A stretch of DNA of 63,973 nucleotides, filler included, from Reclinomonas americana ATCC 50394 (GCA_048213135.1; 7 parts of 3 records of this genome joined end to end with filler, not necessarily neighbours in it); one strand, 5' to 3'; shown: positions 21,701 to 38,691, counted from the whole stretch's first letter. The notes: generated by a model not told the origin, from the letters alone. A program made the numbers and translations.

Positions 21701-24700
21701 GAGACTCAGGAATCGCTGACCACTACAATTCTCCACTCCCATGCATCTCATCACCTTGGCGCTGGCGCGATCACGCTCCCTGGTCCGATCGGAAACTTGC
21801 GCCTCGAGCGCACGAACCATTGATTCGAGTCGCGACTGCATCTCGTTGTAATCGCTCTCGGTGCGCGTCTTCTCCGACGACTGCTGCGACAACTGCTTTT
21901 GCAGCTGCTGCGACAGAGCACCGAGACGCGCCGTCTCGCGATTCGCCTCCTCCAGCCGCACAGTCTTAACACGAATGGTCTCCGCGTGCTCCGAAATCGT
22001 CGTCGTGTGAGTGCGCACGGTTTCGCGCAGGGTGGTGATCTGCGTCAGGTGCTTGTCAGATTCCGGGCAGTGATGAGGAGGGACCAAGGTCGAATCGCAA
22101 ACCTCCAGCTCGAGTTTCTGACTCTGTTCGTGCACCTCCGCCAGCTGCTTCCGCAGCGCCCCACTCTCGGTTCTGAGCATCTCCAACTGTGCCACGGCAA
22201 TGAGGGAGAGGTGAAACATACACAACACAGAGATCATGCCAATACCTCTCGCTGCCGTCGCTCCGCATCACTGGCCGCCGTGCGCAGTTGCGACTCAAAC
22301 TTGATATTGGCATCGCGCACCTCGCGCAGCTGCTTCTGCTGATTCTCCAACTCGGCCTTCAGTGCGTCAATGTGCTCGTTGGCGCTGCGTGCCTCGCGCA
22401 CTCGAGCCGCTCGCTCCGTCTCCAAGTCGCCCACGACACGACCTGGAAATGAGAGCGAAGGGTGAGGTCAACAAAAATGGAATGCTCTCTTCTGCAACAC
22501 GAAACGTCTCTCCGACTTGGCCTCCGACGCCTCCTTCTCCGCCGCCTGCTGTCTCTGATGCGCCGCCTCGCACTCTGCCTCGGCCTTGCTGGCACGCTGT
22601 CGCTCCTCCACCAACAGGCGCTCCAGCTCGCCGCGAGTCGACTGGTACGACTCGGAGGTTCGCGTCTTATCCGTCTTCAACACATTCAGCTGACCCTCCA
22701 GCGACTGCACCAGCGTCTCGAGACGCGACACTTCGTGCCGCAACGCATCGGCCGTCACCACACGCTGCCGCGACTCGGCCTCGGAGACCGCCAGACGCTC
22801 ACGTGCGTCGGCCAAGTCGGCGCGCAGCGACTCGATTGTGGTGGCGTGCGTGGTCGAAGAGGTGCTGAACTTGCGCACATCTAACTCCAGGCGCGACACG
22901 CGGTTGCGATGCTCCTCGACCTCCTTCACCAGTGCCTCGCGTTCACTCGACAGGTTGCGGATGCGAGCCTTGCGGACGGGAGGAGAGGCAAATGCGCGTG
23001 AGTTTGGGGGAAGCAAGCAACAACAACAAAGTGATCCTCCTCACCTCAGCCGCCTCCTTCTCCGCCTCCCGCGCACTCTTCTCCGCAATCAAGTCTCGCT
23101 CCAACTGCGTCACCGACTGCTTGACGCGTGACCGCAGATCGAAAGCCTCCTTCTTGTGCGAGTCGCGCTCGCTGGCGACCACCTTGACGCGCTCGAGTAC
23201 ATCCTGCACCTCTGTCTGCCGGCCTTGTCGCTCGCCCTCCAATTCGGCGGTGGTGCGCTCGAGGTCAGCGGTCATCTGTGGGGGGTGGAGAAGGGGAAGG
23301 GTGGGTGAAGGGGGAGAAGGGGGGAGAAGTGAAAAGAGAAGGGGACGGAAGAAGGAAAGGNNNNNNNNNNNNNNNNNNNNNNNNNNNNNNNNNNNNNNNN
23401 NNNNNNNNNNNNNNNNNNNNNNNNNNNNNNNNNNNNNNNNNNNNNNNNNNNNNNNNNNNNNNNNNNNNNNNNNNNNNNNNNNNNNNNNNNNNNNNNNNNN
23501 NNNNNNNNNNNNNNNNNNNNNNNNNNNNNNNNNNNNNNNNNNNNNNNNNNNNNNNNNNNNNNNNNNNNNNNNNNNNNNNNNNNNNNNNNNNNNNNNNNNN
23601 NNNNNNNNNNNNNNNNNNNNNNNNNNNNNNNNNNNNNNNNNNNNNNNNNNNNNNNNNNNNNNNNNNNNNNNNNNNNNNNNNNNNNNNNNNNNNNNNNNNN
23701 NNNNNNNNNNNNNNNNNNNNNNNNNNNNNNNNNNNNNNNNNNNNNNNNNNNNNNNNNNNNNNNNNNNNNNNNNNNNNNNNNNNNNNNNNNNNNNNNNNNN
23801 NNNNNNNNNNNNNNNNNNNNNNNNNNNNNNNNNNNNNNNNNNNNNNNNNNNNNNNNNNNNNNNNNNNNNNNNNNNNNNNNNNNNNNNNNNNNNNNNNNNN
23901 NNNNNNNNNNNNNNNNNNNNNNNNNNNNNNNNNNNNNNNNNNNNNNNNNNNNNNNNNNNNNNNNNNNNNNNNNNNNNNNNNNNNNNNNNNNNNNNNNNNN
24001 NNNNNNNNNNNNNNNNNNNNNNNNNNNNNNNNNNNNNNNNNNNNNNNNNNNNNNNNNNNNNNNNNNNNNNNNNNNNNNNNNNNNNNNNNNNNNNNNNNNN
24101 NNNNNNNNNNNNNNNNNNNNNNNNNNNNNNNNNNNNNNNNNNNNNNNNNNNNNNNNNNNNNNNNNNNNNNNNNNNNNNNNNNNNNNNNNNNNNNNNNNNN
24201 NNNNNNNNNNNNNNNNNNNNNNNNNNNNNNNNNNNNNNNNNNNNNNNNNNNNNNNNNNNNNNNNNNNNNNNNNNNNNNNNNNNNNNNNNTGGGATAGAAT
24301 ATGTTGGACGAAGAATAAGAGTTGAATAGCGAGAAAGGCAGGAGAAAGAAGAGAAGACGATCAAGAATTAGTTACAAAAAGGGCGAAGAAGACGATGAAG
24401 AGGAAAGAAGGAGAAGGACCAAGGAAAGAAGACAAAAGCGAAGAAGAAGAAGGACGAGAAGAAGAAGTACAAGAAAAAATACAAGAAGAAGTGCAAGAAG
24501 AAGAAGAAGAAGAAAGGAGAAGAATAGCGAGAACAACACGAATTGAAGAGGAAGAGCAAGCGTGAAGGGATCAGGAATTGAAGATGTCCAAAGAACAAGA
24601 ATGAACAGGGCTACCAGGAAGTCAGCCTGATGTCGAGGGGAAGAACTGTGAAAGCGATAGAATAATGAGGTCGATGGAGAAGCTGATGGTGGTGATGATC

Positions 24701-24929
24701 ATTCTGGTTTTCTGGAAGAAGTATTGTGTCTGCCAGTTCCCTTCGCTCGCTTACGGATCTGTCTCTCGTGCTCAGTAACGGCGGTCTTCTCTCCATTTGT
24801 CGATCTCTCATTTCTTTTCTCTCTCTCCCTCTCGCCGTCCTTCTCTTCTTCCATATTCCTGCCCTGCTTCGTGTCTCTTTTTCTCTCACCTCTCTCTCTC
24901 TCTCTTTCTTTGTCTGTCTGTCTGTCTGC

Positions 24930-24960
<31 letters not shown>

Positions 24961-24971
24961 ATGTCTGTCTT

Positions 24972-25010
<39 letters not shown>

Positions 25011-26724
25011 NNNNNNNNNNNNNNNNNNNNCTCACACCTCCCGCGCAGACCCTTCGCCTCCGCCTCAAACTTGACAACCTGCGCACGCAGCGTCTGCGTC
25101 TCGGCACGCACCGCCGCCTCCAACGCCGTCTTCTCCTCGAGTAGCGCACGCAAGCTGGACATTTCCTCGGACAGGGTGCGATTCTTGCCTTCGCCCTCGC
25201 GCTCCACCGACTGCCGCGCCTGCCGCTCCGACATGAGCGACGCCTCCATGCGCCGCACATTGCTCGAGTACTCCTCGATGGTCTGCTGCAGCGCCTGCAC
25301 ATCGGCACGCAGAGCATCGCGCTCCGCGGTGACGCTGCGAATGCGCGCCTCCAGATCCGCCGCCTCCGATGTGCGGGCGTCACGCTGGCCGGCCAGATCC
25401 GCCTCGAGCTCTTCAATCGAGCGTGCAAAGTCTTCGGCGGCCTTGCGCCACTCGGCCAGATCGCTCGTCAGCTGCTTCATCTCCTCGGCGGCCTCCACAT
25501 GCTGACGACGCTCCTCCTCGAGTTCGCGCTGCACGCTGTCGACAGTCGAGTCGAGCGACGAGCGTTGCACGCGCAGCTCCTCTGACAGCCGTGTCACCTG
25601 CTGCTCCAGCAGCGTCACGCAACGCCGTGCCTCCTGCAAATCGTCGTGCAGATTCGCGTTCTCCGATTCCAGGGTCGCGCACTGCGAACGAGCCTCAATG
25701 ATTTGCGACTCGAGCGGCGCGATGCGCTCACGCGTCTGCCACAACGACGCAGAGAGTGAGCCCAATAGGGGGAAGGTGGATGCAAGGCTGGCGGGTTGCA
25801 CTCACGTTTGCGTGTTCGGACTCGGCCGATCGCTTGGCCTCGGAGAGCCACACCGTCTGCTGTTCGAGCTCGGCAATGCGCGTGCGTGCACGCTGCAGGT
25901 CATTGTCGAAAATGTTCTTCAAGCCGTCCAGCTCGCGGTTCTTGGCCTCCAGTCGCTGCGCGGTCGCCTCCGCCACCGCCTGTCGTTCCTTGGCCTGTGC
26001 GCAGTCGGCCTCGAGACGTCGCCGCTCGTCACTGACGCCCGAGTGCTGGCCCTCCAGTGCCACCTGTGAAGGTGGCAAGAGGGTGAAAAGAGGGTGACGG
26101 CGAAAGAGAAGAGGCAAAGATGGAGAGAGGGGGAAAAGGGGGAGGGCAAGGAAAGGGGAGTGAGAGGGAGAAGGGGAGAGGGAGCGCGTTTGTAAGAAAG
26201 AGAGGGTGTGAATTGAATAGGTGAGTGAGGGAAAGAACACAGGGGAGAGGGAAGAGAGAACAAAGAGCAAGGGGACAAGGAGAGAAGCACACACAGCAGA
26301 GACTGGGATATTAAGGACTGAAAGGGCGAGAGAGAGTGGTCCACTCTCTACCTTCCACTACTTTGTCTCGCGATTCCCCTTGTACTCACCAGTCGCGCGC
26401 GCAGCTCCTCCACCTCGCGTTCGGCATCCTGCCGCACCTTGTCGGCCTCCGCAACCCTCGCCTCAGTGTGCGTCAACTTGGTCTCCAACACCGCCACTCG
26501 CTCGCGCGACGACACCACATCCAAGTCCAGACGACGACGAGCAGTGCTGATGGCTGACAGGTCGGCCTCCAGGTTGCCAATGCGCTCACGGCACTGAATC
26601 AAGTCCGCTTCCAGAGCCGATTTCTCGGCCTCCAGCTCCGACGAGCGAAGGCGAGCGGCGTTTACTTGCGACTCGCTCAGGGCGACACGCTCGCGGGCGC
26701 TGACCAGCTCCAAGTCCAGTCGGC
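18708..26724 (-). CDS. Long coiled-coil protein (rootletin/myosin-tail-like composition), 5' incomplete, multi-exon, gapped
   Basis: Successive minus-strand exons rich in E/L/R/A heptads, separated by GT-AG introns. Ser/Thr/Pro-rich C-terminus ends at the TGA at 18710-18708. Confidence 0.75.
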
Positions 26725-27297
26725 CTGTGAGTGAGTGAGAAGGGCAGAGACGGTGAGATTGAGAGAGGGAGACGGAGACGGAGAGGGACAGAACGCAGAG
26801 AGAGAGAGGGAGACACTGGGTTGCTTTCTCAACTTCACTCTCTCTCGTTTGCATTCTCGTTTTCCCTCAGCATTCTCTCTCTTCTTCGCCATTCGTTTTC
26901 CTTTCAGCTTCTTTCTCTTTTCTATGCTGCTCTCTCCTATTGCTCATTCTCTTTCTCTCTAAATATCTCTTTCTCTCCTGTCTTTTCTCCGCTCCTTCTC
27001 AGCGACCGCAAGAGAGCGATCGAAAATGACAGACGGACTGACAACGACGAGAAAATCGAGAAAGAGGAAAGATGGAGACAGTACGATTGACACGGAGACA
27101 GACAGAGAGCGGAGAAGACAAACACGCACAGGACATAGAGCATGGACGATTAATATCCCCGTCAGTCTCTCTACCTCCTTGTATCCTTCCCCTCTGTTCT
27201 CCGTCGTCATTCTCCCTCTTCCTCTCTCTTCCTTCCCTTTCCCTCAACCTCACCCTCTCCCTCTCCTTCTCCCTCTCCCTCTTCCTCCCCCTCTTCC

Positions 27298-27336
<39 letters not shown>

Positions 27337-28187
27337 CNNNNNNNNNNNNNNNNNNNNNNNNNNNNNNNNNNNNNNNNNNNNTTAATTAATTAANNNNNNN
27401 NNNNNNNNNNNNNNNNNNNNNNNNNNNNNNNNNNNNNGAGAGAGAGAGAGAGAGTTCGGAAGAAGTAAGGATGAGGATGCAGAGAGAAAGAGTGGACGGT
27501 GAGCGAAGGAGGATAACGGGAGAACAAGCTTGAGTTTATGCGTGTTGTAAGGCAGAGACAAGAGGAAGAGAGAGAGAGAGAAAGAGAAGTAATGAGCGAA
27601 GAAGGGCGGAAGAGCGCAGGTTGACGGGAAAGAAAGAGTGTATGTATGTGAAGCAGAGAGAGTGTAAGATGAACAATAAGGCGCGTCTGAGGTCGCCTAA
27701 GACAGCGCCTACACAGAGTCTCGTGTTGTGTGTGAGAGGAAGAGAAAGAGAGAGAGTATGTGCAGTCTGACAAGTCAATCTCGCACATATTTCTTCCTCA
27801 ATCTTGCGTAAAGATGTGCGCACAAGGGAGAGTGAGAGTGAGAGTGTGTGAGAGAGAGAGCGAGAGTGTGTGCGTGAGAGAGCGAGAGAGGAGAAAGAAT
27901 GTGTAAATGAGAGAGACAACAATTGCAATGTGTAAATGCATCTCAACAGAGTGTGTGAGCATGAGAGTGCAAGTGTGTGCGAGAGAGAGTGTGTGAGTAA
28001 GAGAGAGTGCGCGTGTGAGAGAAAGTGTAAATGCATCTCTCACACACAGAGAATGCGCGTGTCACAATGAGCGAGCGCGTGTGTGTGTGCGTGTCAATGA
28101 CCAACGCGCGCACACACACACACGCGTGAGTGAGAGAGAGAGAAAGAGAGTGACAAGACAACCTCATTTCTCTTCTCTCATTCTTAC

Positions 28188-28406
28188 CTTTTGACTCCTC
28201 ATACGTGTTCTCCAGCGGCAACTCATCCTCCGACATCTCGCTCGACTCATCATTCGAGTACTCAAACTCGTACTATAAACAAGAGAGAGAGAGACACACA
28301 CAAACACACAAAAGTGAGAAAGAGGCTTTTTATAATCACACACGCGCTCGCACGCGAGAAGTTGTGCTGTTACCTCCTCGTCATCGTCCATTTCGTAGTC
28401 ACTCAT
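28188..28406 (-). CDS. First two exons (28406-28374, 28272-28188) of a COP9 signalosome subunit 2-like gene; remainder lost in a gap
   Basis: Translates MSDYEMDDDEE|YEFEYSNDESSEMSEDELPLENTYEESK, resembling the CSN2 N-terminus (acidic, Y.xEYS...LENxY..SK). Only about 39 aa are visible. Confidence 0.55.
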
Positions 28407-28540
28407 GGTGGCCTTCTTCTCACGCACTGCGCAATCACACACACTCTTGTCGACGGGACAACAGCAGACTTCGAGTAAGGGTTCTTTTCTTGCTTTGTCT
28501 GTGCCGTTCAGGTGCAGGACAGGTTGTGCGGCAAGGCTCA

Positions 28541-29030
28541 CTCGTTATGCTGCCTGGTGTTGCACAAAGGGCTGGAGCTTGCACTTTTCGAATTTGAATT
28601 CGACTTTGCGAAGGCCGGTTTTTCCTTGTGTTGTCTGCGCCTTTTGGGTGCGAGACTGATGATGCATACGGGAGCAGCATGCTGCAAGTCCACTCGTCGA
28701 GCTGTCTGGTGCTGTACAAGGGGCTGGAGCTTGCAATTCACGAATTCGAATTCGATGGCGAAGACAAGTCTTTCCTCGTGTTGTCTGTGCCTTATTTGGT
28801 GCAGGGCTCGAAGTACATACAGAAGCGGCTTGCTGCAAGGTCCACTCATCAAGCTGTCTGGTGCTGCACAAGGGGCTGGAGCTTGCACTTTTCGAATTCG
28901 ATCGCGCGCGCATTTATTCGATCGCGAAGGCCGGGTTTTCCTTGTGTTGTCTGCGCCTTTGGGGTGAGAGACTGAAGGTGCATACGGGAGCTGCATGCTG
29001 CAAGCCCACTCGTTATGCTGCCTGGTGTTA
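28541..29030. repeat. Degenerate tandem repeat, unit about 152 bp, just over 3 copies, in a divergent intergenic region
   Basis: Units start at 28541, 28693, 28845 and 29009 and share GCTG(C/T)CTGGTG..GGGCTGGAGCTTGCA..CGAATT..GTGTTGTCTG..TGCTGCAAG. Confidence 0.85.
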
Positions 29031-29164
29031 CATGAGGGTACAACACAGGAATCGCGCCGGCACTGTACGCTGCGTGTCCTGGCCCACGTCACACACACTC
29101 TCATCCTTTTTCAGCGCGCTCACCACTCCGCAGCGCTGTGCATTCTTCCTTCCGTCTGCACTCC

Positions 29165-30238
29165 ATGTCCACCTCCCCTCGTTCCCTGCATTGCAAATGC
29201 CTGCGTGGATACGACTTGCCCTCGTGGTCTCTTGCACTGACCCCTGATGGTCAACACATCGTGAGTTGGCACACAGATGAGACAATACGCATGTATTCGC
29301 TGGCGAGTGGAGACGAAGTGCGACGAGTGGGTGGACACACGTGGCGTGCGCGTTCCATCGCCGTCACTCCCAACGGACAGCACTTTGTCATTGGGAGCGT
29401 CGATGGAGTGATACGAGTGTTGTCGGCGACAAGTGGTGAGGAGGTGCGACGGTTGGAGGGTCACACTGGAATGGTGTATTCAATCGCTGTGACTCCCGAT
29501 GGTGAGCGCGTTGTGAGTGTGGGCATTGGCAGGTCAATGCGAGTGTGGTCCCTGGCGAGCGGCGAAGAGCTGCGACAGGTGGAACACACGAGTGGGATAA
29601 TATGTGTTGTTGTCACTCCCGATAATCTGCACGCGGTGAGCGGCTGCTGGGACAAGATGGTGCGAATGTGGTCACTGGCAAGCGGAACAGAAGTGCGACG
29701 GTTGAAGGGACACACTGGCGAGGTGTTGTCTGTTGTCGCCACTCCCGATGGCCAGCAGATCGTGAGCGGGAGTAGGGACCACACCGTGCGTGTGTGGTCC
29801 CTGGCGACTGGCGAGGTAGTGCGCCGATTCAAAGGGCACACGGACGAGGTCATGGCAGTTGCTGTCACCCCCGACGGGCGACACGTTGTAAGTGGCGGCT
29901 ACGACAACACAGTGCGAGTGTGGTCGTTGAAGAGTGGAGAGGAGGTGCGACGACTGGAGGGGCACGCTGGTGCGGTGTATTCAGTTGCGGTAACTGTGGA
30001 TTGTCAGCACATTGTGAGCGGCAGCCATGACGGGACTGTACGAGTGTGGTCCACGCCGTGTGGTCTCTCTCGGCAGGAGTTGCAGAGCGCGCGCTTGGCT
30101 ATGCATGCTGTGCAGGAGTTGGTGCACCAAGAGGAGGATGAAGAGGATCCACGCTGCTTGGTGGAGATTGTGTTGCGCTGCTTCCTGGTCGAGGACGCGG
30201 AGGTCGTCGCTCAACGATGTTTTGCCGATCAGCTGTGA
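29165..30238 (+). CDS. Intronless WD40-repeat protein, paralog 1 (about 7 repeats plus conserved C-terminal tail)
   Basis: Repeated LEGH...V..VAVTPDG..VVSGS.D.TVRVWSL units in an uninterrupted ORF from ATG 29165. Confidence 0.93.
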   Translation: MSTSPRSLHCKCLRGYDLPSWSLALTPDGQHIVSWHTDETIRMYSLASGDEVRRVGGHTWRARSIAVTPNGQHFVIGSVDGVIRVLSATSGEEVRRLEGHTGMVYSIAVTPDGERVVSVGIGRSMRVWSLASGEELRQVEHTSGIICVVVTPDNLHAVSGCWDKMVRMWSLASGTEVRRLKGHTGEVLSVVATPDGQQIVSGSRDHTVRVWSLATGEVVRRFKGHTDEVMAVAVTPDGRHVVSGGYDNTVRVWSLKSGEEVRRLEGHAGAVYSVAVTVDCQHIVSGSHDGTVRVWSTPCGLSRQELQSARLAMHAVQELVHQEEDEEDPRCLVEIVLRCFLVEDAEVVAQRCFADQL

Positions 30239-30276
30239 GGGAGAGGAGAGGAGGAGTGCATCACCGACGTTATGAC

Positions 30277-30320
<44 letters not shown>

Positions 30321-30489
30321 GAGAGAAGGCCTGCCGCTTCCTTCAAGCCTGGCGGTGTTTTAATCTGTCACCACTACAGCTGGTGAATGCAACTCCTGCA
30401 GATGACTGGCGACATGTTCACACACGGCGGTGGCCCATACACGCCCCTGTTCATCACGCACAACCGTTCATTTCGTATTCTCCGCGTCG

Positions 30490-30887
30490 TCACTTGAGGA
30501 GTACGTGCAGCGGCAAATCGCCATACAGCCTCCACCCGCCCCACACCGCAAAGACGGTACTGGCGCCAAGCAACAACCAGAAGTACAACATGCCTGCTGT
30601 CTCCATGCGCCCATGCACCAGCACTGCCGTGGCAAAGAGCACGCAGCTGAGCACCAAGGGCTCGTTAACAATGCCCAGTGAGCCAAGCAAGAGACTTGTC
30701 CACGCGCCAGCAACGCCACACGCCGACAACACCAGCCAGTCGAGGAGTCGCGAAATCCACAGCGGAGACTTGTAGTCCAAGTACGCGCGACTTTCAGCGG
30801 GACGCATGCTCTCCAAGTTCTCCCAGCGGCGTATGGTGGCATCGATGATGTTGAAGGGGACGTACCCGACGACCAAGAGAGGGAGAC
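30490..30887 (-). CDS. Possible terminal exon of a small membrane protein
   Basis: Open frame following a GCAG acceptor, with three hydrophobic stretches. No family recognised and upstream exon unresolved. Confidence 0.3.
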
Positions 30888-31275
30888 TGCGCGCGGGGGT
30901 GCAGTGTGTTCGAAATCAATCAATGAACATACAGTGCAGGTGGGTGGCGTGTGTTTTCTCGTGTGGCAGCCTGCGTGCGTGAGTGCATACCCTGTGCACT
31001 ACGTGCATCATCTGTGGGCGACAGCAAGTGATCACATCGAATCGAACCTGATGCGTGCGATAGTTCCGGACGACACGCCCAGCAGCATGGCTGTCAGGGT
31101 GCATACGAAGCTACCGGGGATGCAAGCTGACAAATAGCAAAGCGGCACCGTAGCTGGCGAGTATTGACTGCATTCCACACGAATTATATGAAGTGTTGTC
31201 CTGGCGTCACGCACTCTTGGGCCGGCTCTTCACGTCTTTCTCCGCCCACTCACCACTCCGCTGTGTCTACCTTCC

Positions 31276-32352
31276 ATGTCCACATCACCTCCTTCCCTCC
31301 ACTGCAAATGCCTGCGTGGACACGACTTGCCCTCGTGGTCTCTTGCACTGACCCCTGATGGTCAACACGTCGTTAGCGTGTACGAAGATGAGACCATTCG
31401 CATGTATTCGCTGGCGAGTGGAGACGAAGTGCGACGAGTGGATGGACACACGCCACGTGCGCGTTCCATCGCCATCACTCCCAACGGACAGCACTTTGTC
31501 ATCGGCAGCGGCGATGGAGTTGTGCGAGTGTTATCTGTGGCAAGTGGTGAGGAGGTGCGACGGTTGGAGGGCCACACTCAATCTGTGGATTCAGTCGCTG
31601 TGACTCCCGATGGTGAGCGCGTTGTGAGTGTGGGCATTGGCAGGTCAATGCGAGTGTGGTCCCTGGCGAGCGGCGAAGAGCTGCGACAGCTGGAAGGACA
31701 CACAAGTGCGATATCATGTGTCGCCGTCACCCCCGATAATCTGCACGCGGTGAGCGGTAGCTGGGACTGGATGGCGCGAGTATGGTCACTGGAGAGTGGT
31801 GAGGTGGTGCATCGATTGGTGGGCCACACCGGTGTGGTGTGGTCTGTCGCCGCCACTCCCGACGGTCAGCAGATCGTGAGCGGGAGCGGTGACCACACCG
31901 TGCGTGTGTGGTCGTTTGCGACTGGCGAGGAGTTGCGCCGATTCAGCGGGCACACACACAGGGTCTTGGCAGTTGCTGTCACCCCCGACGGGCGACACGT
32001 TGTGAGTGGCGGCTACGACAAGACGGTGCGCGTGTGGTCATTGGAGAGTGGAGATGAGGTGCGACAACTGGAGGGGCATCTTGATCATGTGTATTCAGTT
32101 GCTGTGACTGTGGATGGTCAGCGCATTGTGAGCGGCAGCCAAGACGGAGCTGTACGAGTGTGGTCCACGCCATGTGGTCTCTCTCGACAGGAGTTGTGCA
32201 GCGCGCGCTTGGCTATGCATGCTGTGCAGGAGTTGGTGCACCGAGAGGAGGATGAAGAGGATCCACGCTGCTTGGTGGAGATTGTGTTGCGCTGCTTCCT
32301 GGTGGAGGACGCGGAAGTCGTCGCTCATCGATGTTTTGCCGATCGGCTTTGA
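31276..32352 (+). CDS. Intronless WD40-repeat protein, paralog 2 (tandem duplicate of 29165-30238)
   Basis: Same architecture, with long stretches of identical nucleotide sequence. Confidence 0.93.
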   Translation: MSTSPPSLHCKCLRGHDLPSWSLALTPDGQHVVSVYEDETIRMYSLASGDEVRRVDGHTPRARSIAITPNGQHFVIGSGDGVVRVLSVASGEEVRRLEGHTQSVDSVAVTPDGERVVSVGIGRSMRVWSLASGEELRQLEGHTSAISCVAVTPDNLHAVSGSWDWMARVWSLESGEVVHRLVGHTGVVWSVAATPDGQQIVSGSGDHTVRVWSFATGEELRRFSGHTHRVLAVAVTPDGRHVVSGGYDKTVRVWSLESGDEVRQLEGHLDHVYSVAVTVDGQRIVSGSQDGAVRVWSTPCGLSRQELCSARLAMHAVQELVHREEDEEDPRCLVEIVLRCFLVEDAEVVAHRCFADRL

Positions 32353-32424
32353 GGGGGAGGGGGTAGTATATCACCGATGTGGTGAAGGCTTCTTTAAGTA
32401 ATGTGTAGATGCTACGCGGTCCAC

Positions 32425-32467
<43 letters not shown>

Positions 32468-32657
32468 GCTCGTNNNNNNNNNNNNNNNNNNNNNNNNNNN
32501 NNNNNNNNNNNNNNNNNTTAATTAATTAANNNNNNNNNNNNNNNNNNNNNNNNNNNNNNNNNNNNNNNNNNNNGAGAGAGAGAGAGAGAACGAAGAAGAA
32601 GAAGAAGAGATGTGAGGAAGAATGCATGCACCTCTCACACATGCATGCACAGCCGGA

Positions 32658-32709
<52 letters not shown>

Positions 32710-32759
32710 TAATCACACACACACTTTCGCACTCCTCCTCCTTTCCTCCTCACACTCAC

Positions 32760-32953
32760 CACTGCATCAGTGCACCAGCGGCCTCGGGCGCTTTCTCCGT
32801 GTTCTTCTTCTTGTGGCGCAAGTGATGCACTGCTTTGCGGAAGCGCTCCCACAGTTGCGGGGCAGTGTGTGCCAGGTGCTGCTCGGCGAGAGCGAGAAGG
32901 TGCGTGAAGGAGGCGTCGGGGTGGTCGCGGAAGGCGGGGGCGTCGAGGGAGCT
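32760..32953 (-). CDS. Isolated exon of an unidentified gene, truncated by the gap at about 32474-32573
   Basis: GC-rich open segment (SSLDAPAFRDHPDASFTHLL...) bounded by a pyrimidine tract plus CAG and a GTGAGT donor. Confidence 0.4.
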
Positions 32954-33929
32954 CTGCAGTGACATGTGGAGAAAACGAGGAAAGGAGAAAAGAGAGAGAG
33001 AGGACAGATGGATTGGTCCAGCAAGGACAACAACGACGCTGACGGTGCGTGGAGTGAGCACAACAACACCTATGCATTCACCAACAAATAAGCGAAAGCT
33101 GTCTTGGGGAGACGTCGACGTCACAGCTGCAGATAAAGTTCGATCGCGAATTGCAATTGAAAACTGGGCGCTTGTGCAAGAGCAATCACGGATCGTCCTG
33201 CTGCAGCATGCGCAGCGACCCTGGTGCTCGGCTGCAAGTGCAACCTTCTGCATACACTAACCAGCTTGAGGCGCAGCAGCGGCTTCATTGCAGCTTTGTG
33301 TTCGAATTTGAAACTTGCAAGTCGACGATTGCGATCTGGGCCGTATATCTGGCGTGCACGGCTTGAAAGCTTGCCTAGCGAGAGCTCCTAGAGGCTATCC
33401 AATGGAGGTGAGGCGCAAATGCGAATGAAAAATCGGAAAATCCATTGAACGCTGATTGAAATCGCTCTCTTGTTCGCGTTTGCAAGGTCAAGAATGACTG
33501 TCGTCACCTGTGCCTCCGGCACGAGACGTCTTCATCCCAGTTCGCTGTCCGTCAACAGCCGTTCTGTCTTCCGCAACTTCAAAGCGGTTCCTGCGAGTCA
33601 AACCTCATCAGGGCTCTTCGTCTCTGCTCGAATTTGCGGTCCTGGAGAAGTCCGATGTGTTCGTACGGGGGATACACAAATCGCCAATTAGAAGCCTTGC
33701 AAACAGGCCAGCAAAGTCCGCGAACAAAAATGCGTCAATGCAATATCGGAAATACAACAGCAAATCCACATCGCGCAACGCATGCACACCTACGGCCACC
33801 ACAGTCTCACTCTCCTCCGCGATCACCGCGCACCCATGATCACGAGACAGACAAAACACCAGAAACCAATTTCCATTCACCCACCCGATCAACCAATCTC
33901 ACGCACACGCTCACTCACACAATCAACAA

Positions 33930-38301
<4,372 letters not shown>

Positions 38302-38533
38302 GTGAGTGGATTCTGCACATTGTCGTCTCTCGTTACTTCTCCGCCATGTTCTATGTCGCATGATTGCAACTTCTATATTGTGATCGTTTTCTCCAGAGAC
38401 TGAGAGAGACAGAGAGACAGAAGCAGACTGAGAAAAAGAGTGAGAGAGACTGGGAGAGAGTGAGGAGAGACAACATTCAATTCTCCCACTCACCGTAGTC
38501 ACCCTTTCTTCAATTCTCTCATCCTCGTGCACC

Positions 38534-38691
38534 CTGTTGCACTCCGTTCCACTCTTGTTGCACTCCGTTCCACTCTTGTTGCACTCCGTTCCACTCTTGT
38601 TGCACTCCGTTCCACTCTTGTTGCACTCCGTTCCACTCTTGTTGCACTCCGTTCCACTCTTGTTGCACTCCGTTCCACTCTTGTTGCACTC
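38534..38691. repeat. 21-bp minisatellite (TGTTGCACTCCGTTCCACTCT)n, about 7.5 copies running into a gap, intronic
   Basis: Directly visible perfect tandem repeat. Confidence 0.95.

Noticed and set aside
9010-27800. Numerous long Leu/Ser/Pro/Phe- or Arg/Glu/Gly-rich ORFs in the six-frame track
   Set aside because: They are translations of intronic CT/GA microsatellite and low-complexity tracts, or of N runs.
26725-28406. Acidic exons at 28188-28406 as the 5' end of the coiled-coil gene
   Set aside because: They resemble the CSN2 N-terminus and are separated from the coiled-coil exons by an unknown-size linker gap, so a fusion cannot be supported.
38534-38691. Regular 21-bp repeat considered as a CRISPR-like array or coding repeat
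   Set aside because: No spacers; it is a perfect head-to-tail minisatellite inside an intron of a eukaryotic gene.
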